A stretch of 64,000 nucleotides of DNA, from positions 2,936-66,935 of the forward strand of contig JAERTI010000038.1 in assembly GCA_016844925.1 (NCBI GenBank). The letters are read 5' to 3'. The position numbers were made by a program, and so were the translations under genes. Of the stretch, positions 56,017 to 64,000 are shown piece after piece; within the stretch, counting starts at the first letter, position 1, and the number at the start of each line of letters is the position of its first letter. Under the pieces are notes generated by a model. It worked only from the letters and a program-made list of their open reading frames with translations. It made no database searches and had not been told where the DNA came from. The stretch comes from Candidatus Uhrbacteria bacterium. GTDB taxonomy: Bacteria > Patescibacteriota > Patescibacteriia > UBA9934 > GWF2-40-263.

Positions 56017-56045
56017 ACAAAACCAAAACCACCGGTCAGGCCGGT
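56016..56045. terminator. bidirectional terminator between the phosphatase gene and typA
   Basis: aaaaccaccggtcaggccggtggtttttt. Confidence 0.75.
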
Positions 56046-56058
56046 GGTTTTTTGATGG

Positions 56059-57873
56059 CTATTTCTTTGGGTTGTTGCGCTTGCGTTCGCTCTCGGTCAA
56101 AAACTTCTTTCGGATGCGGACGTTCTGCGGGGTGATCTCTGCGTACTCATCGTCCTCGATGTATTCGAGGGCGCGCTCGAGGGTCATCTCAAGCGGTGGG
56201 GTGAGGTTGATGGCAGCATCGGCTCCACTGGAGCGCATGTTGGTGAGCTGCTTTCCCTTTGTTGGGTTCACAACCAGAGATCCCTTTGAGCTGGTTCCGA
56301 TCACCATGCCCTCATAGACATCTACGGCAGCACCGATGAACAAGGTTCCTCGTGTCTGCAGGTTGTCGAGTGAGTAGGCGCTGGTCTTTCCCTGGAATCC
56401 AGAGATCATCGAGCCGTTTGCACGTCGCTCAATGGCTCCCTTGAAGGGGCCGTATTCAGCAAAGATGTGAGAGAGTGTTCCTTCTCCTCGAGTGGCGGTG
56501 ACGAATTCCATGCGGAAGCCGAGCAGGCCACGTGTTGGGATGAGGTACTCAAGTCGGGTTGAACCGTTTTCGCTGTTCATGCCCAGCATCTCACCTTTAC
56601 GGACACCGAGTTTTTCGATCACGACTCCGGCGAGTTCGTCTGGGACGTCGATGACAACGTTCTCATACGGTTCCAAGACCTTTCCATTTTCTTCTTTCAA
56701 AATAACCTGTGGCTGACTCACTTGGAGTTCGTACCCCTCACGGCGCATGGTTTCGATCAATACGGAAAGGTGCATTTCTCCACGTCCGTGCACTTTGAAC
56801 GCGTCAGAGTTTTCTGAGAACTCCACGTGCAGTCCAACGTTGGTCTGTAGCTCTCGCTCAAGGCGCTCACGAATCTGTCGTGACGTTACGAGTGATCCTT
56901 CCTTTCCGGCGAACGGAGAGTTGTTCACCAGGAAGTCCATGGTCAGGGTTGGGGGATCAATGTGAATGGATGGGAGTGCCTCTGCGTCCGGATCCTCAGC
57001 AACCGTCTCTCCTACATCGATGTTTGGAATACCGGCGATGGACACAATATCTCCAGCGACAGCCTCGTTCACCTCGACTTTCTTTAGGCCCTCCGTAGAG
57101 AGGATTTTTGTAATCTTGTGTTTCTCACGACCGCCGTTTTGAGTAATGACCGTCACAGGCATGCCGACCTTTACCGTTCCTTCGTACACACGACCCAAGG
57201 CCATGCGTCCAACGAAATCATCGTAGGCAAGGTTCACGGGCTGCAGGCGCATCTTCTCATCTGGCTTGCTATCAGCGGGTGGAACGGTCTCGAGGATCAG
57301 GTCGAATAGTGGCTGTAAGTCTGTACTCTCGTCGCCAAGTTCTTTCATGGCGATACCGTCTCGAGCGTTTGTGTAGATGTGTTTGAAATCGAGTTGCTCA
57401 TCTGTGGCACCAAGCTCTGAGAAAAGATCGAACGTCATATCGAGTACAGCATCCGGACGAGCGGACGGCTTGTCGATTTTGTTGATGACCAAAATAGGCT
57501 TGAGCCCGAGCTCGAGCGACTTGCGCAGCACAAACTTTGTCTGTGGCATGGGTCCCTCGTAAGCATCGACGAGCAGAAGCACACTGTCGACCATTCGTAG
57601 GACGCGCTCAACTTCTGAACCGAAGTCGGCGTGACCTGGAGTGTCGACAATGTTCACCTTTACATCGTCCAGACGAATAGAAGTCGTCTTGGCGTAAATG
57701 GTGATGCCGCGCTCTTTCTCTTGGTCGTTGCTGTCCATCACACGCTCCTCAACGATTTCGCGTTCAGTAAACGTACCAGACTGTTTGAGCATGGCATCAA
57801 CGAGCGTTGTCTTTCCGTGATCAACGTGAGCAATAATGGCGATGTTTCGAAAATTCACAATGGTGTTATTCAT
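56059..57873 (-). CDS. typA: translational GTPase TypA/BipA
   Basis: IAIIAHVDHGKTTLVD G1 motif, DTPGHADF. The roughly 600-aa length and C-terminal region match BipA. Confidence 0.85.
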   Translation of the reverse strand: MNNTIVNFRNIAIIAHVDHGKTTLVDAMLKQSGTFTEREIVEERVMDSNDQEKERGITIYAKTTSIRLDDVKVNIVDTPGHADFGSEVERVLRMVDSVLLLVDAYEGPMPQTKFVLRKSLELGLKPILVINKIDKPSARPDAVLDMTFDLFSELGATDEQLDFKHIYTNARDGIAMKELGDESTDLQPLFDLILETVPPADSKPDEKMRLQPVNLAYDDFVGRMALGRVYEGTVKVGMPVTVITQNGGREKHKITKILSTEGLKKVEVNEAVAGDIVSIAGIPNIDVGETVAEDPDAEALPSIHIDPPTLTMDFLVNNSPFAGKEGSLVTSRQIRERLERELQTNVGLHVEFSENSDAFKVHGRGEMHLSVLIETMRREGYELQVSQPQVILKEENGKVLEPYENVVIDVPDELAGVVIEKLGVRKGEMLGMNSENGSTRLEYLIPTRGLLGFRMEFVTATRGEGTLSHIFAEYGPFKGAIERRANGSMISGFQGKTSAYSLDNLQTRGTLFIGAAVDVYEGMVIGTSSKGSLVVNPTKGKQLTNMRSSGADAAINLTPPLEMTLERALEYIEDDEYAEITPQNVRIRKKFLTESERKRNNPKK

Positions 57874-58018
57874 GAGTCAGAACGCGCGGAGTATAGGCTT
57901 TGAGGGGCGTTTTGTCAATCATTGAACAGACGATTTCTCTCTTTGAATTTTATTGTGTGGCAACAGGGGAGCGTTGTTTTCAGAGAGATGATATCCTTAG
58001 TGATAGAAAAACACTCCT

Positions 58019-58975
58019 ATGAAATACATTTTCCTGCTCCTTACGATTTTTCCGCTTCCTGCACTGGCGCACGTTGAATACGTCCTCGATGACGACACGT
58101 TTACAGATCACGCGGGTTCTGATGTGCCTTTTTTACTCGAGGCCGTAACGGATGTTGGTGCATGGGCACTCATCTTGCTCTCGTTGTTGGCAGGGGCTCT
58201 TGTGTATGTTTTAGCGAGTCGTTCAAAGATCGTTCAGGAGGAGCATGAGCATATTAATGAGTGTCGTAAGCACTACGAAGATTATTTCCCTTGGATGGCT
58301 CGTCTTGCCATCGGAATTTCGCTCATTGGTGCGGGGTCTTCTGGGGCGTTTATTTCACCTGCGTTTGAGGCGGTTTCATGGGTTGGAGATCTCCAGATAC
58401 TCTTAGGGTTCATGGTGCTTGTTGGATTTTTGTTGAGTCCAGTGATGTTAGCAGTAGCGTTTTTGTATCTGCTCGCACTTGTCCTCGATCCTTATGCGAT
58501 AGGGAACTTGGACCTCTTGGCACTGGTAGTCATGTTCATGATGTACGGCAGCACTCGTCCAGGTGCCGATGATCTTCTGGAGATTCCTTTTGTTTCTCCG
58601 CTAAAGAAGTTTAAAGCGTATGCTCCGTTTGTCTTACGTGTGGGGATTGGCGTCGCGATGATCTACCTCGCGCTTTGGGAGAAGTTGCTTAATCCTCATA
58701 CGGCCGAACTCGTCGTTCAGAATTATGAGCTCACATCCGTTGTTCCCGTGAGTGCTGCTGCCTGGGTGTTTTGGGCGGGATTCGTTGAGCTGTTTATTGG
58801 AGTCTGTCTGCTGTTAGGGGTTCGCGTGCGAACCATGAGTCTTATTGCCTTTTTGGTGCTTAGTCTTTCGTTCTTCTATTTTGGTGAAGAAGTGTATTCA
58901 CACATTACGCTCTTCACCGTGCTGTCGATCTTGTTTGTTGTGGGTCCTGAAAAGTGGAAGCCTTCGATTAAGTAA
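58019..58975 (+). CDS. membrane protein with a signal peptide and a DoxX-like region (tentative)
   Basis: Signal peptide, several TM helices. Terminator aactatcagtttgcgctgatagtt at 58986-59012. Confidence 0.45.
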   Translation: MKYIFLLLTIFPLPALAHVEYVLDDDTFTDHAGSDVPFLLEAVTDVGAWALILLSLLAGALVYVLASRSKIVQEEHEHINECRKHYEDYFPWMARLAIGISLIGAGSSGAFISPAFEAVSWVGDLQILLGFMVLVGFLLSPVMLAVAFLYLLALVLDPYAIGNLDLLALVVMFMMYGSTRPGADDLLEIPFVSPLKKFKAYAPFVLRVGIGVAMIYLALWEKLLNPHTAELVVQNYELTSVVPVSAAAWVFWAGFVELFIGVCLLLGVRVRTMSLIAFLVLSLSFFYFGEEVYSHITLFTVLSILFVVGPEKWKPSIK

Positions 58976-59019
58976 TGGATTAAAAAACTATCAGTTTGCG
59001 CTGATAGTTTTTTCGTTGA

Positions 59020-59499
59020 CTAGTTTTCTGTTCGCTTGAGATCTTCTAATTGCATGAGGATCGGTCCATCACTTCCTCCTCCTTCGAGTTTAAAGACTTC
59101 TTTAAAACGTTTCTGGTCTCCGGCTTGGCTGTGTGGTCGAACGCGCAGGGTTCCGTCTGAGTGTGTGATGAAATAGACTTCTTGAATTCCCTCTATCCAG
59201 GTGTTCAGGGTTCCACGGGTTCCGCTATCTATCCGATCGAAAAAGTCATTCCATTCTTTTTCTACAACGCGACCTTGTTCATATTGCGAGCTTCCTGGTC
59301 GGCCCAACATGCTTGTTGAGGCAGCGGCAAGAACCGCTTTCATTTCTTCAAGATCTCGTGAGGCCAGAGCATTTGCCACAAGGTCTCGTGCTCCTTTTTC
59401 TTTGATGATCTCACGAAGTTCTCCTACGTGGGCCATGATTTCTCTTTGTCTTTCCAGGCGCGCTGCCTCCTCAGCTCCTGGGTCAAGTGTGTCTCGCAT
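59020..59499 (-). CDS. hypothetical protein (about 159 aa)
   Basis: Start moved to the ATG at 59497-59499 (reverse strand). The track's TTG at 59553 would put the HAD gene's terminator hairpin (59546-59566) inside the coding region. Confidence 0.45.
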   Translation of the reverse strand: MRDTLDPGAEEAARLERQREIMAHVGELREIIKEKGARDLVANALASRDLEEMKAVLAAASTSMLGRPGSSQYEQGRVVEKEWNDFFDRIDSGTRGTLNTWIEGIQEVYFITHSDGTLRVRPHSQAGDQKRFKEVFKLEGGGSDGPILMQLEDLKRTEN

Positions 59500-59577
59500 A
59501 ATGTGGATTAATGAATTTGATTCAAGTGTAGCAGCAAATAAAAAATGCTCCAACGAGGTGTTGGAGCGTGCTCACGT

Positions 59578-60225
59578 TCAGAGCAGTTGAGGGAGGATGT
59601 CCGGGAGCTCGGTGAGGCTCCGGATGTGGAACTGGGCATCGTGGCTGCGCTGGAACTCTTCGCTGCGCAGGATCTGGATGCGATGGACGTTGGGGTGGGC
59701 GAGTGCTTCGCGGTGCTCCACCGGGTTGTCATCGATCAGCACAACGGTCGCGCTACGGCCGAGCTTCTTGGTGATGAGCCGTGCCTTGCGGCCAGACTGG
59801 CTCGTCACCATGATGGGCCCCATCTTGTCGGTGGGGAACGGCACCGAGCCGAACTTCCTCGACTGGAAGGTTCCCTCACCAAAGGTGGCCACACAGACAC
59901 ACTCCACGATCTCGCTGCGCGCGAACAGGTTCATGCTCGTGGCAACGTCCTCGTAGAGCGCGTGTCCGTCGGAGATCCACTGGTAGAAGATCTGGATGGC
60001 CGCATGCAGAGGCTCGAGTGCCTCGCTCGGCGGTTCCAGTTCCCACAGGTGGAGTTCGGGCGAGTAGACCTTGCCCGCAGTGGACCAGAGTCGGGCACCA
60101 GCTTCGCGGATCAACTCGGCGTCGGTGCCGAGGATCTTGCTCCAGGTTTCGCACATGGCGTTCCAGCCTTCGAAGACATTCACGAGGGTGAAGTCCAGGT
60201 CAAAGGCCAAGGTAAGTCTGCTCAT
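59578..60225 (-). CDS. HAD-superfamily hydrolase; high GC
   Basis: Motif I LAFDLDFTLV (DxDxT). Terminator gctccaacgaggtgttggagc plus T6 on the minus strand. Confidence 0.7.
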   Translation of the reverse strand: MSRLTLAFDLDFTLVNVFEGWNAMCETWSKILGTDAELIREAGARLWSTAGKVYSPELHLWELEPPSEALEPLHAAIQIFYQWISDGHALYEDVATSMNLFARSEIVECVCVATFGEGTFQSRKFGSVPFPTDKMGPIMVTSQSGRKARLITKKLGRSATVVLIDDNPVEHREALAHPNVHRIQILRSEEFQRSHDAQFHIRSLTELPDILPQLL

Positions 60226-60325
60226 TCGCTCATCTCCTTCGTGGGGAGTCTAGGAGAAGTTGTGGGTGAGGTCAATGCGTCATGGGCCTAGTGTTGGGGT
60301 TTAGAAATAGGTACCATGCAGACAT

Positions 60326-61135
60326 ATGGCGATTAGTAGAATGCGTAGCACACTTGGAAAAACAACGCTTGGTGCGTTGGGGGTTGTTTGGTTGGGAGTT
60401 CAACCTCCTGAGGCAAAACCACTCACGCTTGAGGGGGAGGAGCAGATGGCACAGGTTTTGAATGAACTTGATGATTTAACGAGTGTCGCTAGAGAGGCTC
60501 TCGACATGATGGACGAGGGGGTGTTTGAGCGCGCCCAAGGATCGTTTGGTTCTAAGGAACAAGTTGGGAGGTTGCTCAAGAATACACCTGGGGCGTTTAA
60601 GAATATGCTTAAGGCCGGTTCGGTAAGAACAATGGATGCCTCATATATGGCTGGGAAAACACGTAGCGCTCTAGCATCCGGAGTGCTCACACCTTGGGAG
60701 AGTGATGATGTGGTGGTGATCCCTTGGGATGAAGAAAAGAAAAAGATTATTGTGCAGGGCGGAGATTCTCTTCCAGCCGTGCTTGCCCATGAGTACACAC
60801 ATTTTATCGTTGGCCCGCATTCGTTCTCCTATCTTGTCGACGTCCATGAAGATACAGAACGAACGTCCGCAGAGTGGACTGCTCTAGCTCGTGAGCATGG
60901 AGATGTTCCATACCTTGTCGGTGACTTGCTTTGGTTGTTGGATGAATGGAGCGAGAATCGTCGTGATAACGAGGGAGATCTGACCTATCTAGATATGGCA
61001 GAGGTTTTTGGAATTGATCATGAGGAGGCCGAAGTGCTTGCCGAGCGGATCCAGGAATTGTCTCGCGAGCGCGATCAGGAGCGCCTTGCTGAGGTGCGAC
61101 GGAGTGAGGGGGCATCGAGACTATCAAGAAAATAA
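60326..61135 (+). CDS. hypothetical protein with an HExxH motif (LAHEYTHF)
   Basis: Backbone GC. Third protein in the window with an LxHExxH(T/F) motif. Confidence 0.5.
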   Translation: MAISRMRSTLGKTTLGALGVVWLGVQPPEAKPLTLEGEEQMAQVLNELDDLTSVAREALDMMDEGVFERAQGSFGSKEQVGRLLKNTPGAFKNMLKAGSVRTMDASYMAGKTRSALASGVLTPWESDDVVVIPWDEEKKKIIVQGGDSLPAVLAHEYTHFIVGPHSFSYLVDVHEDTERTSAEWTALAREHGDVPYLVGDLLWLLDEWSENRRDNEGDLTYLDMAEVFGIDHEEAEVLAERIQELSRERDQERLAEVRRSEGASRLSRK

Positions 61136-61140
61136 AAAGA

Positions 61141-61160
61141 CCCACCAGGGAGTTGGTGGG
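61141..61160. terminator. hairpin cccaccagggagttggtggg between convergent genes; terminator for the minus-strand nrtR-like gene
   Basis: Preceded by AAAAA on the plus strand, which is a T-run on the minus strand. Related to the hairpin at 61849-61869. Confidence 0.7.
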
Positions 61161-61775
61161 TTAGAAGATCGTGCGATAGATGGTTGCGGGCCTCGTCGGT
61201 GTCGGGCGCTTTTCTTTGGTGTCCCACACCAAACCCTTGCGCTGCATGCGCAGGACGCGCTTGCGGAAGTTGGAGTGGTCCAGCGAAACATCCAGGATGC
61301 TCTCATAGACGCGTCGGAGTTCTGTGGCGGTAAAACCGTCACGACTCACGAAGCGGAAAGCTGTCACGCCCCGGCCGTGGGCCAGGTCTTCCTTGAGGAA
61401 GTCAAGGGCTTTTCTCAGTGCCTCGTTTCCCTTGTGGTCCTTGGTTGGCATCCTTGAGACATCTTTCCAGCAGAGGAATCGAAACTCGTGCTGGACGGAG
61501 TAGGGCTCTCCGATCATCAGTGGGTAGATGGTCATTCGGCCGGAGTTGTCAGCGGCCACAGACACGTGTCCTGAGAAGCGGAGGCGACCCTCCAGGCTCA
61601 GGTGGTTGTTGTGTTGGAGCATGGGCTCCAGGGGGCCTTCTGTCCAGTGGTGCTCCGGCCACCGTACGGGTTCGTCGGGAGGGTCGTTCAGCAGCACTCG
61701 CAGGGAAGGTTCCTTACCGTTCAGTCGAACATTGGCAACAGCGAGGCAGATGGTCTTGATCAAGACTTGCGCCAT
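61161..61775 (-). CDS. nrtR: NrtR-family Nudix-related transcriptional regulator (degenerate Nudix N-domain plus C-terminal winged helix); high GC
   Basis: C-terminal FTATELRRVYESILDVSLDHSNFRKRVLRMQRKGLV...RPATIYR matches the conserved NrtR wHTH signature. Own promoter TTGACA-N17-TAGGTT at 61812-61840 (minus strand). Confidence 0.7.
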   Translation of the reverse strand: MAQVLIKTICLAVANVRLNGKEPSLRVLLNDPPDEPVRWPEHHWTEGPLEPMLQHNNHLSLEGRLRFSGHVSVAADNSGRMTIYPLMIGEPYSVQHEFRFLCWKDVSRMPTKDHKGNEALRKALDFLKEDLAHGRGVTAFRFVSRDGFTATELRRVYESILDVSLDHSNFRKRVLRMQRKGLVWDTKEKRPTPTRPATIYRTIF

Positions 61776-61848
61776 GGCAGTCCCTTTCTCTCCGCGGTAG
61801 GCGAAGATTTGAACCTACTGTGTGTAGTTGATTATGTCAATAAAAAAT

Positions 61849-61869
61849 CCCACCGTGGCGTTTGGTGGG
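61849..61869 (-). terminator. hairpin cccaccgtggcgtttggtggg immediately after the stop of the 61870 gene
   Basis: Followed by a T-run on the minus strand. Same family as 61141-61160. Confidence 0.7.
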
Positions 61870-62394
61870 TTACTTGGTGGTCTTGAGTGAATCGTAGCCT
61901 GACTCCACGACCTCAAACAGGCTGATGCAGGTTTCGCGCGCCTGTTCCTCTGAGAGGTCGACGATGGACACGCTGGCACGGAGAAGGTCCATGGCGTCCT
62001 TGATCTTGTGCTTGCGTGCAGCACGTTCAGGGCCGGGCTTCATCTTCGCCGCGGACATGCTGGAGATGTGCAGCGACAGCGTGTAGTCCGTCTCGAGGCT
62101 GGCACGGCGAGTTGGGTCCAACAGGTCTTCGGTGCACCCTTGAATGAACGCGTCCTTGGATTCTTGCGCCCATTGCGACATGGCTGTCGCGAGTGACCGG
62201 ACATCTTGTCTGATCTGTTCTCGCGAGTAGCGAGCTTCCGCTTGCTCTTGTCTGTACCACTCGATCTCTTCTCCGAGCTCAGCGGTGGTGTCGCTGCTGC
62301 GCGCTGATTGGAACTTCAGCACGCTGGCTTTTCGACGGATGTCCTGCAGCTCATGCCAGCTCAGTAGCGCCGTGATGAGGATGATCACGATCAT
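61870..62394 (-). CDS. single-pass membrane protein (174 aa) with coiled-coil-like segments; high GC
   Basis: MIVIILITALLSWHEL N-terminal TM helix. The start at 62394 avoids overlap with the upstream gene. Confidence 0.5.
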   Translation of the reverse strand: MIVIILITALLSWHELQDIRRKASVLKFQSARSSDTTAELGEEIEWYRQEQAEARYSREQIRQDVRSLATAMSQWAQESKDAFIQGCTEDLLDPTRRASLETDYTLSLHISSMSAAKMKPGPERAARKHKIKDAMDLLRASVSIVDLSEEQARETCISLFEVVESGYDSLKTTK

Positions 62395-62428
62395 CGTCGA
62401 CAGGCGCCAGTACGGCAGCCTTTGGTGC

Positions 62429-62812
62429 CTAGCGGACACTGGACTCGTCCAGCAAGATGGGCTCGATAGCCAGGCAGACGCGGAGTCGGTCTGCCCCCTT
62501 GGGGTTCTCCAGCTGAGCGAAGTGCTGTGTCTCGACGATGGCGTTGTCGAGTTCGATGACCAGCTGGGGGGTGCCGTGCTGGTAGATCTGGTCCGTGAGA
62601 TCCTCGAGGTACTCCAGGTGCATCTGCGCGCCGTTGTCCGGGTCTTCGAAGAAGATCTGGCCACAGCGATGGAGGAACATCTTGGCGTTCTCGGACGCTG
62701 GGATGATCACCTTGTCTGCAGGTGGCGACGCAGCGTGTTGCGGGGAGTGTGATTCCAGCAGGAGGAACAAGCACAGGGGCAGCAGGTAAAGGAACGAGGG
62801 GAAGGGGCGCAT
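62429..62812 (-). CDS. small secreted protein (127 aa); high GC
   Basis: Signal peptide MRPFPSFLYLLPLCLFLLL. GAGAAAGG before the ATG at 62812 (reverse strand). Confidence 0.55.
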   Translation of the reverse strand: MRPFPSFLYLLPLCLFLLLESHSPQHAASPPADKVIIPASENAKMFLHRCGQIFFEDPDNGAQMHLEYLEDLTDQIYQHGTPQLVIELDNAIVETQHFAQLENPKGADRLRVCLAIEPILLDESSVR

Positions 62813-62891
62813 GGCGACCTTTCTCTGCGCGGTGAATTCGGCAGATGATGAGGGTGCCAGTCAGCGAGTCTTTTGTCAATGGAAATAGAAG

Positions 62892-62936
62892 AACCCTCGC
62901 GACACAGGGACGAGAGAGTCCTTCTGTGCGAGGGTT
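62892..62936. repeat. hairpin aaccctcgc-N27-gcgagggtt, related to the AACCCTC...GAGGGTT palindromes at 350/860; likely terminator of the 141-aa gene
   Basis: 9-bp perfect stem. Lies between the stop of 62947..63372 and the TTGACA box of the next gene. Confidence 0.6.
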
Positions 62937-62946
62937 TCGCGTGTGC

Positions 62947-63372
62947 CTAGGCTCGGACGAGTCCGAGCTGGATCATCTCACCGAGGCTGATGCCCCGGCG
63001 GCGGGTGTGCGCGGTGTGCGCGTCCCACTTTCCGGTCACCCAGAGGGTGCCCAGCCGCACGTACTCGGGGACGTAGACGCCCTCGGGCTTGAACGTGGTG
63101 TGCTTGGCCGGGATCTGGTACATCGGCCCCTTCCAGCTGCGGTAGTCATTGACGTACACCGTGTAGCCGGCGGCGTGCAGGCCAGCCATGAAGCTGATCA
63201 CGCAGCAGTGGCGCGGGAGAACCACGCCGGTGCCCATGAAGTACTCCAGCTGCGGGTCGATCCGCACCTTGGGCTTGCCGTACCGGTTCACCATGATGGT
63301 GCGCTCGCTCCACGGGCGTCCGCCGCGGATGATGGTGACGTCCTTGCGGTTGGTCTTGTTGGTCTTGCTCAT
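62947..63372 (-). CDS. hypothetical basic protein (141 aa); high GC
   Basis: AAGAGG before the ATG at 63372 (reverse strand). About 100-nt high-GC 5'UTR. No domain recognised. Confidence 0.5.
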   Translation of the reverse strand: MSKTNKTNRKDVTIIRGGRPWSERTIMVNRYGKPKVRIDPQLEYFMGTGVVLPRHCCVISFMAGLHAAGYTVYVNDYRSWKGPMYQIPAKHTTFKPEGVYVPEYVRLGTLWVTGKWDAHTAHTRRRGISLGEMIQLGLVRA

Positions 63373-63678
63373 GTTCTCAACCTCTTGCGAGGGGGCGGCA
63401 CTTGCGCGCTGCCCATGTTGGGTGTGTGGCCCGGAGGCCGCGGAGCGACTTGGGTGAGGCCGCGTTCCATGAGGTCATCAGCAGTAGATAAGATGACGCT
63501 CAACCCACATGTGAGAAACTCTGTCTATGCAGACGTTTCCTTCTGAATCATTGCCGTTGCAAATTGCTTGTGTGCATATATTGCAGGCAATGTCAGCTGA
63601 CGAGGATAGCGGAAAAACAGGCTTTTGTCAACCGTCTGTGTCTGTTAAACTGGGCGGGAGATTCATAAAAATGATCGT

Positions 63679-64000
63679 ATGTTTGAACTACCAGAACTTC
63701 CATTTGAAAAAGATGCCTTGGGTGACTGGACGAGTGCTGAGACACTTGAGTATCACCACGGGAAACATCACGCTGGCTACGTAAAGAAATTGAACGGGGC
63801 TGTGCTTGGAAACGAGTTTGAGGGGCAGGAGCTTCTTGAGGTAATTGCTGGCTCTCGTGATCGAAATCAAAAAGTGTTCAACTTGGCAGCACAGCATTAC
63901 AACCACAGCTTTTTCTGGAATGGGCTGACGGGGGAGACAGGTGCTCTTGAGGGCGCACTTGCCGAAGCGATTGATCGCGATTTCGGATCATTGGACGAGT
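63679..64000 (+). CDS. sod: Fe/Mn superoxide dismutase (N-terminal part; continues past the window)
   Basis: MFELPELPFEKDALGDWTSAETLEYHHGKHHAGYV matches the Fe/Mn-SOD N-terminal domain, including metal-ligand His. Confidence 0.8.
   Translation, partial: MFELPELPFEKDALGDWTSAETLEYHHGKHHAGYVKKLNGAVLGNEFEGQELLEVIAGSRDRNQKVFNLAAQHYNHSFFWNGLTGETGALEGALAEAIDRDFGSLDE

Noticed and set aside
61776-61848. sigma54-type promoter (TGGCAC-N5-TTGC) near 62840-62860 for the secreted-protein gene
   Set aside because: Only the -24 half (TGGCAC) matches; the -12 element is absent.
62845-63546. 233-aa + strand ORF across the 141-aa gene region
   Set aside because: It is an antisense Gly/Ala/Arg-rich reading of high-GC DNA. 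The minus-strand 141-aa ORF has an RBS and a downstream terminator hairpin.
63527-63784. 85-aa + strand ORF overlapping the sod start
   Set aside because: It is in a different frame from the clearly recognisable Fe/Mn-SOD N-terminus, which starts at 63679.
1-64000. Integrase, transposase or recombinase genes that would explain the inserts as mobile elements
   Set aside because: None of the translated ORFs shows tyrosine or serine recombinase motifs or DDE-transposase motifs. The PIF1-like helicase at 54176-55471 is backbone-GC and not obviously element-associated.

Overview
This 64-kb bacterial window is a compositional mosaic. A tightly packed backbone of about 48-50% GC (estimated by eye) carries housekeeping genes. 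At least 15 single genes or short blocks of clearly higher GC (about 65-70%) are spliced into it, and their boundaries fall at ribosome-binding sites or stop codons.

Backbone content:
- Operon 5769-14099: holB, a BNR-repeat lipoprotein, frr, glyQS, an HExxH protein, an M16 peptidase, tpiA and a TPR protein.
- RNA genes: tRNA-Thr(GGU); the tRNA-Tyr / tRNA-Thr(UGU) / rpmG / tRNA-Trp cluster.
- Other genes: NDH-2, YaaA, an ECF sigma factor with a vWA anti-sigma-like partner, an ABC-F ATPase, a canonical COG0523 GTPase, a PIF1-like helicase, TypA/BipA and the start of a Fe/Mn superoxide dismutase.

Most high-GC genes sit in a repeated cassette: hairpin terminator, TTGACA-N17 promoter, leader hairpin, GGAGG-type RBS, CDS, hairpin terminator. 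Two pairs of unrelated genes share near-identical 5'UTR/RBS strings.

High-GC cargo:
- A six-gene actinobacteria-like block (1-5050) with AACCCTC...GAGGGTT palindromic repeats.
- An orphan class III nucleotidyl-cyclase fusion (15671-17563).
- A four-domain fusion (22413-24428: CoaB-like, class II aldolase-like, GNAT-like, NUDIX), followed by a MopE-motif lipoprotein.
- A divergent His-rich COG0523 GTPase behind a promoter that carries a perfect palindromic operator. It heads an operon of a CooC-like ATPase, a PLP-dependent decarboxylase, a cysteine-synthase/rhodanese fusion and a Fur-family regulator.
- A DHH- or LmbE-like metal hydrolase, a HIT-family variant, a HAD hydrolase and an NrtR-family regulator with small secreted and membrane proteins.

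No rRNA, CRISPR array, integrase or transposase was found. All domain calls rest on motif reading; nothing was searched or computed.
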